From Felis catus (taxonomy: Eukaryota): a stretch of DNA of 64,000 bases. The position numbers were made by a program, and so were the translations under genes. Positions 34,147 through 45,695 of this stretch are shown piece after piece; positions within the stretch are counted from its first letter, which is position 1, and every line of letters begins with the position of its first letter. Under the pieces are notes generated by a model. It searched no databases. It was not told the origin of the DNA and worked only from the letters and a program-made list of their open reading frames with translations. Location: contig NC_058373.1 in assembly GCF_018350175.1 (NCBI RefSeq), positions 43,834,001-43,898,000 of the forward strand, read 5' to 3'.

Positions 34147-35914
34147 GAAATATCGAGCCCCTGGTGGCTGCCTGATGAATACCTGTTGAGTTGATTTTCC
34201 TGAGCTGGAAGTCTCAGCCAGCAAGGTCAGGATAGTCTCCCCATTCCCAGAGGGACTTGCCAGAATCCATCCCCTGCCTAAAATGCTTCACATTAGCCTA
34301 GTTACTCTCCAAAGCCCTTTTTCCCCCCAACTTTATTTATTTGCGCCTGAGAGAAATCCTCAATTAGGAGAGCATAAACTTGAACATTTGCATATCTTCC
34401 TTGTAGCAAAAAAGTGTGTCCCTCAGTTCAGAGCATTCTGCAGGCAGCTATAGATGAGAAGAGACCCAGAGCTGGTGGTGTGTGTCATGCCCCGATTCTG
34501 AACTCGGTGACCTTAACTCCTCTGTGGTGGGGGGGTTTGTAACCTAGAAACCAGCCAACGCTGCAAAGCAGGGTTTTTCCTCTCAGGGAGCCGTTGTTAA
34601 GCACACGAGACATATACCCGCTGCCCCACCCTACCTCTCGTTACCACTCTCCTGAGCAAGGTTTTAATCATCTTTCAGCATGCCTAGAAAACAAGGTAGA
34701 GTAGAGTCTACATAGGAGCAGCAGCAAGCCCTCCTGCTTCCTGGGCCTGGGTTCTAGATGCCAGATAGAAAACACGCAGAGTTCTTCAGTGATGAGCTCT
34801 TCCCACATGTCCAAGGAGAGGCCCTTTCTTCATCGCATATGAACCTCCAGGAAGCTGATCCACAGCTCACAAATGCCTGTGAATGAGAAAGATCGACAGG
34901 TAAACTTTGCACCACTCTATGGTTTTCGAGGTAAGTCAACATTTGATACTGAGATAAGTAGATGTTTATCCGTTTGAATTCCCAGAATCATCACTGCAGA
35001 ATTTATCTGGTGGCCAGATGACACTACTAGGAAAGCTTTTAATAAGTGAAATGCTCAGAGTGAAAAAATGGAATAGAAATACAGCCAGAGCTCTGATATA
35101 AGAAGTCTTGTTATTATTCGGATGTACCTGTAATGTTGTCCCATCCATAATTCTGTGATACAGTAGCAAAGAAGAAGAATCTGATTTGATCTGGCTGATT
35201 AGCCTTTTGTTTCCCAGACAGTGAGCCAAGGCACCCTGGGCGTTGCAGCAAACTCCAAAGAGTGCCAGGAAATATTTTCAAGTAGCTGAGGGAACTGTAT
35301 CGATTCCTGACATCTCTCAGACATCGTGTGAACTATCAGCTCCAGGCCGTTCACGGTTTCACTATTGGAATGCACGACATTCTTTGCAGTGATGTCATAC
35401 CTTTGCAAAGTGAGGTTTCGGCAGTTGGTATAATATAAAATGGTACCACGTGGTGCAGTGGGGAGCAGGAAATGCGGGTGGGCCTTTCCACTCTAATGCC
35501 AGGGTGTCAGAAGTTGTGAAGTAAGTGCTTGTGATTACTTAACAATGAAATGAAAATCCTATTCTTATTTATGCGTACAGGTTTAAAAAAAACCTGCCCA
35601 ATTGGTAGGACATACTTATTAAGTTATTGGGGCCTCATTAACACACAGAACTTTTAGGTTATCCCTTTTAGCCTAGGAGTGCTATAAAAAACTACTGCCG
35701 CATTAATCATGAAAGAAGAATGCTTGGGAACTTCTGGGTTAGACAGTACACAAGATAAATAATCATTGTTTGTTATTGAATAAATGACAAGAAGTATCTA
35801 TTGTGTGCTTATCACACATAGGCGTGATTTTAAAACTACAGGGACATATATGTGAGATCCCTTTGCCCAAAGCTGGAGGAGGGAAGCAACAATATTAAGG
35901 ATGTAGGATGTGCC

Positions 35915-36090
35915 AGAGCCAAAGACTTTACGTGTTATCTTATTATATCTGTGTAAAAGCATATGAGGAAGGTTCTGTAGTCATCTTGTAGAATATAAGA
36001 TAGTTTCAGAAATAAGACAGTTGCCCAAACCACACATTGGTGGTGAGTAAACAGGCTAGTGTTTGACCCAGCTCTATTTGATTCTGAAGC
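35915..36090 (-). mobile_element. MIR SINE (diverged)
   Basis: 'gactttacgtgttatcttattatatc...cagttgcccaaaccacac...gtgtttgacccagctctatttgattctgaagc'. Confidence 0.6.
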
Positions 36091-37929
36091 ATATTCAGCC
36101 TTGTGCTATCAGTATCTGGGACTATTGTCACAGCAAGATCGAAATAGCAGTCCACGTGTCTCAATACATATCAAGAAGATGCTGTTTTAGGACTCCCGTG
36201 ACAATCCAAGTAACTGTGTACTCTCAAGATACTGTGTTTATATTTTGCTGTGTTGATCCGTGTGGGAGCATACTTAATTCTGTGAGTGAATATTTTAATT
36301 CTTTTTCCCTCTGATTATGTGGTTAAACCATTTCACTTTGAGACATTTCATTTGGCAGACAATAAATGACCCTTTGAATCTTGGTCTATGTGACTTGTAC
36401 CCAACAAAGTTAAAAAGCACCAAATGATGCTAGTTGGGTTGTGATTGTCAGGTTGTGTGATGTTCAAGCTTAACCCATAGTAATTAAAGCAGCTCAGGGA
36501 AAGAACTTTCCATTCAGACTAAGGGGAAAAGGCTATCTTACTCTTTTCAGGAAACAACTAAAATAATTCTGTGGCATATATGCTTTCCTGATCTTTGCAT
36601 AAGGAAAAACAGGCTGTCGGGTGGAAGCTAGCACAACTCTGGGCTTCCCTTGCTGTCGTGTATTGGCTAGATTAGGGAGTCCTCAACAGCGTCTTGAAAA
36701 AGAGTTTGACTTTGTGGTCTGACATTTGTATAATAGATATTCTGTACACACGTTCCCCACATTTTGTTGATTCAGAGATTACTCAAACTCCGTCCTGATA
36801 AAGCTGTATTTAATCTGGGTTTACTTAGTCGTTTGTTTAGTTTAAAGGGTGGAGAGTTGTTTTGGAAAGTGGGTTGCTACTTGCGCTGAAAAGGATTTTT
36901 GCTGACGTCCCTACCTGGTGAGATGGCGAGAGCGGTTCCAGTAGATGGTCAAGCACGTCAGATGTCTATCAACCTAACCTTAAGAGAACCCCATGAAAGG
37001 AGTGTGGCTAAAAACTGCCGGGTTATGCTTGCTCAGGAAACTCCCTGTCTGGGTTACTTACCTTTCATTACTAACGTTTTACCCAGTCATTATACTGGAT
37101 TTCCCCTTTTCCTCTCAGAAAATTAGTAATCATGTCATTTCCAATCCATATTTGTGCATTCAATCAGACAAGAGCTGTGAAGGCTCCGTGTCCATATTGG
37201 GACATATACTTTAGCATACTGCATGATAATCTGCCTTTGTCCTGTCCTGGTGGTCGGTGCCGTTCTCGTTCAGGACTTTTGAAAACGATGCATTTGTGTT
37301 TACTTTTCTGAGATCTTGCCTAGGAGATCCTAAAGCAGGATAGAAGAGGAGGCTGGAAAATGGCATGTGTAATAACATGTTTGCATTTGGCCTGCCCAGG
37401 GCAGCCTGGAGATGAAATGCTGTTCCTTGTTCCCCTTAAGTTGGATGTTGACCACCTCCGAACCCAGTGGTGGCTGAAGATGGCGTGAAGGTTAGGTGCT
37501 GCCCATGAGACTCCTTGCTACGTGTCGTCTGCAAGTTCCAGGGACCATTTACTGTAGTCTCATCCTTCAATAAGCCTGAGATCATGCCTTGCCCCTCACC
37601 CCATTCCCTACTTCCATGCCCTCCTATCAGATCCCTGAAAAATGGGCACTAGATACAACTTCTTCACAGTAATTTTGAATAGCTGTCCTCGGAGCGCTTC
37701 ACCATCTAACCCCGTGTGATGTTTCCCAAAAAGCATCGCCTCATTTTTCTGAAGAGTTCTACCCTGTCTGCCTTTCTGCCTCCATTTTAACCCTGTAGGA
37801 CCTGAGCTATACAGAGGTTTATCAGCTTTGATTACTCTTCTTTCTTGAACCTGGAACTAAGACCATCCTTCCAGTAAACAGAAGGCCTCTAAAGCCTGTA
37901 GTTCACCCTGAATCTACCCCCATTCATGC

Positions 37930-38130
37930 CTTGGAGTCACCAGAACTGGATTTGAATATGAGCTCTGTTAGTTAGTCATCTACAGCTTGACCAAGCCGAG
38001 CCTCTGGTTCTTTGGCCTGTAGAGTAGAGAAAATAATGCTGCTTCCTTGTGCTGTTACGTCTAATGTTGGGTGAGTTGTTGCATGTAAAATACCTAGCGC
38101 ATAGCAGACACTCAAGAATTAGAGCTTCCT
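37930..38130 (+). mobile_element. MIR SINE (diverged)
   Basis: 'ggagtcaccagaactggatttgaatatgagctctg...gcatgtaaaatacctagcgcatagcagacactcaag'. Confidence 0.65.
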
Positions 38131-41100
38131 GTTTTAAACGTCATTTCTTGACTACTCCTTAGGATCCATCTTCAACATTTGCTCATCTAAGGTAAGGATA
38201 GGAGGAAGTAAGGGTGTGAGGAAGCATGGAATCTTGTCTCCTAACTCAGTGGGCCTCGCCTATTCTTTTCAAAGGGTCTTGCCTTCGTTTCTTTATGGTG
38301 AGCACAGTTCTGCTTTCCCAATTGCATGCCTTTGTGTTTAAGAGGAAGTAAATGAACTAAGATGTGGGACTATCCTTGCCAACTCTTAGGGGATCAAGTA
38401 AGTGTTGTGAGTGTAAGTGTCATCTGATCTCTGGGCAGACATTGTAAAATTTCCAGGTTTATCTCTTCCATGTAAGCTTCATCTTTGCGAAGAAAGTACA
38501 ATTTCATAAGAACTTCCACATAAATAAAATTCACAGATCACTTGGAAACAAGTGTCTCACTTTGGGGCCCAAGAATATGTCTTCAGCCACAGCAAATCCA
38601 ACCAGTGGATGTGGAACACAAAAACACAGGCCCTTCTCTGAGCAATGGTCTGTCGGACTGGGGGAAACTTATCCTCACCCCCCAAAAATAGGCACTTGTG
38701 TCACCAAGATCATTAGTTCATGTTTTCCTTTGCCTATTCATCTAGCATTCATACCCCCTCCACTACAAGAACCAGATTTGAGGCAACTGTTTAATGTGAT
38801 CTTTACCAAAGTGGAGATTGTGTATACACCCTGAGTACTCATTAATCCCATGGGCAAAAATCTGGAGATGTCACTTTTGAGGTAGGTAATGAGTACAAGG
38901 CCCTGATATGTAATCAAGTCAGGGCAGACCTAGAGGGAGACTGGTAAGGCAGTGGGTAGAGATGCCTGTCGGCTGATGACTAGAGGAGGCAACCGGCAGC
39001 CCTTCGGGAACTCCTCTGGCCTTCTGTCTCCTTTTAATAACTGTTACTTAAGCTCTGCGGTCCTCTCTCCCAGATGACTGGTATTCTCCTTGTTCTCACT
39101 GCTGCCATTAAACAACATGCACACGTGCGTGCACGCAAACGCTCACACGCACATGTACTTGTGCATATGGCGACCCCCTCCTGGAGCTGCCCTTCCCAGG
39201 ATGTGCGCTGTTTCTTTATCTGTCCTCCACCTGAGGAGGATAATCTGTCCTGACCTCTCTTTCCCTGACCCACCAGCCTGCAATTAGGGGAACTCACATG
39301 ACTGAGCCCTGTCTGGATGGCAAACCCCACTCAGTATGCTCTTCCTGTTTGCTTATCCACCTCTCAGGGGTAGGTATTCCTCTTCTTCTTTTGTAAGTGA
39401 CACAGCTGAGCTTCTTCGAGGTGACATGACTTGCCCAAGTTCACAGTCTTAGGAAAGGGTCTTAGCTTCCAGCTCAGGTCTGTAGAACCCCAAGGCTACA
39501 TTTCTCTTGGCGATGTAACCAAAATAAGACTGGCTAAACTCTCCAGAGAGTCTTGCTGATTAAATAGATTTAATGGGTTGCCTCTTGGAATAATTTAATG
39601 TAAAAAGGGTATAGCTGTACCTAAAATATCATAAGGAGTTTTTAGTCATGAAATTTTAGGAATGAGGTAGATTGGGAAGGGAACTATTTGGGGGTTGGAA
39701 TTTGGGGTCATTCCCTCATATCACACAGTGAGAAGGAATAACCTAAAACCAGGTCTGTAATAAGACTTGCTGTATGCATATCAGGAGAATATTTTTATTT
39801 GGCAATGGATTTGTTTTTTTGAGGGTCTCATGGTGGAAATGGGAAATTTAGAAGCGTAGTCTGTTTCCAAGGGGGTTAGATCAATCTTTATTCACGCGTG
39901 GAGCTTTTTGCAAGTGTGTTAGCTTTCCACTGATCGACACTGGTGATGTCCAGGGTGCGTTAGCTTTGAGAGCTGATGGGAGAACAAAGGTTTGGGCAGA
40001 AAAAGTGGAGCGTGACCATCTGGGAGGCAGATCTGAAAATGGTCTTGCCAGGTCACCCTCTCACGGGGCTAAATGCCAGAGCGTCTCCAAGTGTTTCCAG
40101 TGTGAGTGGGTCTTTTCCGTGCACTAGCTTAATGAACAGAGCCAGACCTCCCTAATCCAGTGATAGGAGCCGCAGACACTGCTCAGAACTGTAACACAAG
40201 TCCTGATTGATGGTTTTAAGAGCATAAAACAGGTGACCCTTTACTGAGAGAATTAAAATGTGTACTCTTAGAAGGCTGCCTGTGAAAAAGTTCGATATTA
40301 TCAATGTTTACCTTTCTCTAATTAAAAAAAGTAATCACCTACACATGTTTAAGGAAGAAGTTTAAGCTCTTCTCCTCGCTAAAAGAATAAATTGAGCAGT
40401 TAAATCTTGAGGAAAGAGACCACACGGAAAGAGGTGGAAAGCTGAAGTAAGAGTACTAGCTTTTAATAGCCATTTATTAATTGTTCTTGGGGAAATTGCT
40501 GAAGGAGAAGACAGTACTTGAGCCTGTGTATTGTATGGGCAAGACTCTGGAACATGTTCGGGGTGCCTGTCACAGTTTATTTCCAGCCACTGACTTGGCC
40601 GTGAATGACAGAGTGTATTTCATTTTATTTTATTTTTTAAAGAAGAAGGCTCAGCCTAAGGAAACGCTGTGCTTCCACAGGATGCCAAGCTCTTGAAAGA
40701 GCCGTTCTGAGAGGAGGGTAGGGGCAGGGAAAGTATATTTTCTAAGATTTTCCGATACTAAAACCCATTTACGACTGTTGAGGAAAATCTCTCTGACGGA
40801 GGATTTAGCTCTCGCTAATCCTTAAGTGACTTGTTTTGACAGAGCCTTTATAGGAGATTTTCTCAGTAACTTTGGTTTGCTCTAAAGGAGCAATTACCGA
40901 TTTGTCCTCCAGCACCTTCTTGTTTTATGTTTCTATTTTTTTTTTCCTGTTTAATGTGTGCCAATTAATGAACTTCATGTATGTTCCAAAATAGCAAGAG
41001 AATCCGATCAGAACTGTTTACTGTAGAAATTCAGGAACGTTTGGATTTTCTTGGATCTTCCGCTCTCTTTCTTGCCTCTGGGTATCAAGGACCTGGATTT

Positions 41101-41505
41101 CATTTCGTGTGTCATGTGGCCTTCTCAGCAGATTCTTTGACTCGAGCTCGTGGAAATCGAGCCCCACTTTCTATTTAGACTGCACTTTCTCTCCATAAAG
41201 ACGTTTTTCCTCCTGCTTGAGGAACGAGCATGGGGACCCCGGGCTTTTAAGCCTCCCGGTGTTTGCTTTTGCTCAGATAGGCATTATCTTTTTCGAGGTG
41301 ACTAAAGGAGCCGGAGCACACGGCTCACCTCCCTGTTCAAGGGACCGCTGGTGCTATGACAACGGGGCCCTCATGTCTTTGCGCTTCCCTTTCCCACCCT
41401 GCCTGCTGTGGCTGTGAAGCGATGCTGAAATTCCACCCCACGTCCCATCTCCCACCTTGCCGCTGAGTCCCACCCCAGCAGAGGCCTCGGTGGGTCTTTC
41501 CAGCC

Positions 41506-41935
41506 CACAGGTTCCCAAAGTGTGGTTCCCCAGACTGGCGGCATCAGCACCACCTGAGAACTGGTTAGAAATGTGGATTCTCGGGGCGCCTGGGTGGCTC
41601 AGTCGGTTGGGCGACCCACTTTGGCTCAGGTCATGATCTCACGGCCTGTGAGTTCGAGCCCCGCATGGGGCTCTGTGCTGACAGCTCAGAGCCTGGAGCC
41701 TGTTTCCGATTCTGTGTCTCCCTCTCTCTCTGACCCTCCCCTGTTCATGCTCTCTCTCTGTCTCAAAAATAAATAAATGTAAAAAAAAAAATTAAGAAAA
41801 AAAAAAATGTGGATTCTCAGGCCCCACCCCGGACCTGCTGAATCAGAAAACCAAGGAGCAGGGCCTACCCAGCAGTCTGGGGCTTGGCACACTCTCACGG
41901 GGATTCTGACTCGAGCTCACGTTTGCGAGGCCCTG
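41506..41935 (+). mobile_element. MER5A MITE split by a nested Can-SINE
   Basis: 'cacaggttcccaaagtgtggttcccc...gcatcagcaccacctgagaactggttagaaatg', resuming after the SINE with 'ggccccaccccggacctgctgaatcagaaa...gtttgcgaggccctg'. Confidence 0.9.
41583..41804 (+). mobile_element. Felid Can-SINE inserted in MER5A
   Basis: Perfect 14-bp TSD aaatgtggattctc (41569-41582, 41805-41818). Confidence 0.98.
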
Positions 41936-42136
41936 TTTTCTAGTCCCTCGGCCTGTCTTGTTTGCAGGAAGGAAAGAGAAAAGGAGCCACCCTCCTAAAG
42001 AACCACCCCCCCACTCCCTCAAACTGCCCCCCCCCCCCACATTCGTGACTCCACACTCAGTTTTGGTTTGCGACTTCGAAAGTTTCATCCGCACAGTTAG
42101 GTTTCTGGTCCTAATTTATGGTTGGGTTCACTGTAC

Positions 42137-42158
42137 TTTTTTTTTTTTTTTTTTTTTT
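42137..42158 (+). repeat. T22 homopolymer
   Basis: Read directly. Confidence 0.95.
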
Positions 42159-42644
42159 CTAAATTTCATTAAGCCGTGCCAGTGACATGGTGATTGCTGT
42201 TAGGGTGTGGCAGGAGAGATTTATGAGTTTTCACAAAAGTGGCCAAAACTCTAGGCGGGCATTAACATACTGAGTTTTAAATTATTCTTGGGACTTTTTT
42301 GAAAGCCGCCTGCTTTAATCCTCTTGTCAGGGAGCTGCCGAGTTAAAAAATGATCGCCGAAGCAGCTTTGCCAGCTTCACAGGGAAAGTCAGCCGTGAGA
42401 GCTCGTCCCTGTCTCTGGGCCCATGTGGCCAATGAAGATAGTTTTTAGAGAAAGTGAGCAGCCATGACATTGGTTCTGAGGAGAGGAGCATTATGGGAGG
42501 CCTCTTGGGGGTGAGCATGGGGTCACCCTGTAGGCACCGCAGCGTTCACGCCGCTCCTGACGGGGTGACAGCAGCCCAGTCTCTGTGGACTGGACTGGAG
42601 ACCTGGGAGGGCAGGATGCGGGTCCTGCTTCTCTCTTCACAAGG

Positions 42645-42757
42645 AGCGTGACCTTGGGCATTAGCGTTTCTGACTTTGGGTTTCTTCATGTACAAAATAG
42701 AGGAGGTTATACCAGGTGACTTCTAAGGGTCCTTTCAGCTTTAAAATTTATGACTCT
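42645..42757 (+). mobile_element. MIR3/MIRc-like 3' half
   Basis: 'gtgaccttgggc...tttcttcatgtacaaaatagagg...gacttctaagggtcctttcagctttaaaatttatga'. Confidence 0.7.
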
Positions 42758-43279
42758 GGGATTCCTTCTCCCATCTGCCTCCCTGCACCATCCTTCCCCT
42801 TGTGTACAGAAGCAGTCGAATTTATTGATCCCTCAGAGGCTGTGTCACCCACTTCTCCTTCCTCTATGCCCCTTCGTCCCTTGAGAGCCTCTTGTAGGGC
42901 TTGAAAAAAAATAAAAACACATACAGTGGACACTTCTCTTCAGCTGCTCAGAAGTCACCTGCAAATCGGCTTCTTGAATTTCATACGGAGGGGTGAGGTG
43001 GGCCCCCGAAGATGACAGAGTCTGAGTTGGGCAGGGTAGGGGTTTCATTATCCAGAAGTCCTTCAGAGAAACTTGAAATGAAAACATACAATAATACTGT
43101 CTTCCCTCAGAAAATCAGGACTCCCGGCCTAATCCCATTCCCACTTGCCCTGTCCTCTGAAGAAACCGAGCTGCTAAAAACACAGCAGAGGTGAGACAGA
43201 GGACATGGTTGCTAATTGCTGTTGAGCATTCTGGGAGAGGGGGTTTAGGGAATGTCCTATCAGCATCTCACATTTGCCT

Positions 43280-44100
43280 CCAGTTCTGGGAATTCTCCCG
43301 TCTTTGGTTAGAGCCGTGTCCTTGGGTAACCTGGCCAAGCGGGCCATTTGCTGTTGAAGCGCATAAAGGCAGACATCCTCTTGATTCCCTTCAGCCCATT
43401 TAACCAAACTGAAGGTTCAAGGTTAGACGACCCTTTGCAGGCTTGGGCCGTGCTGGGAGAATTCATCTCACATCCCAAATTCTCACGGGAGCATAAGATG
43501 GGAGGAGAGGGGGTCGTCAAGCACGTGTCGCCTATCGCCACTTACTGTCTCAGGAAAGTGCTTTTCACGATCCTATAAGATGTGCCAGGTAAACTTAAGG
43601 ACAGTAGTAACGGGACAGCTTCTTGTCAGACTGAGCGCATGCCAGCTTTCCTCCTCTTTATGCCCTGTAACCTCCCGAAACGGCAAGCCCCTGGAAAATT
43701 CCTTTCACGATAAGGCAGGGAAAGAGTTCCTCTCGTGAAACCATTCTGAGTATATTTCCTTCTCAGGAAAGTTTCCGATTCCCGGGTGAGGGCTGAAATA
43801 CAAAGTGGGGAAAGGTAGCTTCAACTTGCTTTAGGCTTTTTCCCTGACACGGAGGAGCGTATTTGTGATATACCGGGAGAGTCCGCCAGCTCCGAAGTCT
43901 TCATTTCACATTGGGTAACAGGCCCTGTCAGTGCCAACAGTGCCGACTGGAGACCAGCATAAGGGTAGGGACGTGGGGAGGCTTAGGCGTTAGGAAACAT
44001 TGTAAGACTCGGGTTCAGGCAGGTGGTGTCCAAGCACTGAACTCTCGTTTCTCTTCGCTGGCTCCATGGCCGTGTAATTGTTCCCCTCCTCTGAAAAGAG
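43280..44100. promoter_or_regulatory. CpG-enriched candidate promoter/enhancer with STAT and NF-kB-like motifs
   Basis: About 28 CpG in 43381-44100 by hand count; TTCTGGGAA 43284-43292, GGAAAATTCC 43693-43702, TTCTCAGGAA 43760-43769, GGAAAGTTTCC 43766-43776, GCGCATGCC near 43635. Confidence 0.5.
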
Positions 44101-44164
44101 CTAAGAATTTATGAAGAGTTGCAGTATTTCAGATTAGAGTCCTCGAGAATCTTATTTCAAAGGG

Positions 44165-44810
44165 GCACTGGGTTAAGGAATCACAAGACCTGGTTTTCTG
44201 TTGGGATTTTGCTGTCAACCAGCCTTGTGATGCTGGCTGGGTATTTTCCTTTCAGCCTCGGCTTCCTCATCTGCCCTTTGAGGATGTTGGTCTAGAGCAC
44301 AAATGGCACATGATGGCCCGTGCCCTGAAGTGGCTCCTTAACCAGAGTATAGCTTTCTTTCCTTGTGATTCCAGGTGAGGCCTCAGAATCCCTCTCAACA
44401 CAGTGCCTCCAAGCAGCCATGACCCTTTCAGAGTTCAGAGTTGACCCTTTGCATGAAAATGTTTTGCCATCTTTCTTAGAAGCTTGGAAATGGGCGTGAT
44501 GTCACCAGAGCATGTAGGAGTGGTACTTCACCAGGCCTTGAGATTTGGGGAGCAAGGAAGGCTTCCAGGAGGAGGCAACTCCAGAGCTAAATCTTGGAAA
44601 ATGAAAGACCAGGGCTTGGGAGAAAGGGTCATCTGGGTACAGAGAACACAAGGAATAAAGACAAGAGTGGAGAAAAACACAGAGTCTGCTACATTTTTAT
44701 TTTGACGGTATATAAGGTGTCACATGTGGGACAGCAGGAGATGAGGCTGGAAAGAAGGGAAGAGACCAGATCAAGGAGGGTCTTGGAGACCAAGCTTTGG
44801 AGGTGTGGTT
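44165..44810. mobile_element. MIR fragment (+, about 44165-44295) and L2 fragment (-, about 44500-44810)
   Basis: 'cactgggttaaggaatcacaagacctgg...cctcggcttcctcatctg'; 'ggaaggcttccaggaggaggcaactccagagctaaatcttgg...gatgaggctggaaag...ccagatcaaggagggtctt'. Confidence 0.65.
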
Positions 44811-45291
44811 TTGCTGACCTGTCTCTTGTCTTTCATGCCCCAGCCTTGCCCCTCTCATGCTGGCTGGTGGTTTCTGAGTCTGTACCTCTCTGCTTCTGTC
44901 TTTTGTTACCCATTTGACCCTTCAGTTGTCCCTGGCTCTGACTCTCTCTGCGGCTAACATTGTTCCTCTCCTGACCTCTGTCCATGTGACCTAACCAGGT
45001 ACTGACCCCTTGACCGGAGGCCCACCCCAGATGCTTGTCTGTTCTTCAACGTTCTGAGCAGCTCCGCATCCAATTTCTCTACTTTCTGTGTACATCTTAT
45101 TCTTCGCTGACCCCTTACTCTCTCCCAGTGCACACACACACGCACACACACGCGCGCACACACACTAGATCTGAAGCTTACATCAAGGGCACTTAAGAAA
45201 TATTACATAATGACAGCTTTCTTCAGATAGAGTTTGGGCCAGTTAGAAAAAGAAAAATGGGCTCATTTGCAGGATCATATCAGCTCGCACA

Positions 45292-45695
45292 NNNNNNNNN
45301 NNNNNNNNNNNNNNNNNNNNNNNNNNNNNNNNNNNNNNNNNNNNNNNNNNNNNNNNNNNNNNNNNNNNNNNNNNNNNNNNNNNNNNNNNNNNNNNNNNNN
45401 NNNNNNNNNNNNNNNNNNNNNNNNNNNNNNNNNNNNNNNNNNNNNNNNNNNNNNNNNNNNNNNNNNNNNNNNNNNNNNNNNNNNNNNNNNNNNNNNNNNN
45501 NNNNNNNNNNNNNNNNNNNNNNNNNNNNNNNNNNNNNNNNNNNNNNNNNNNNNNNNNNNNNNNNNNNNNNNNNNNNNNNNNNNNNNNNNNNNNNNNNNNN
45601 NNNNNNNNNNNNNNNNNNNNNNNNNNNNNNNNNNNNNNNNNNNNNNNNNNNNNNNNNNNNNNNNNNNNNNNNNNNNNNNNNNNNNNNNNNNNNNN
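45292..45695. other. Assembly gap (404 N)
   Basis: Run of N. Confidence 1.

Noticed and set aside
34470-34492. 18/23 resemblance to mature miR-138 (agctggtggtgtgtgtcatgccc)
   Set aside because: miR-138 is essentially invariant in mammals; five mismatches and no evident precursor hairpin, so a chance match.
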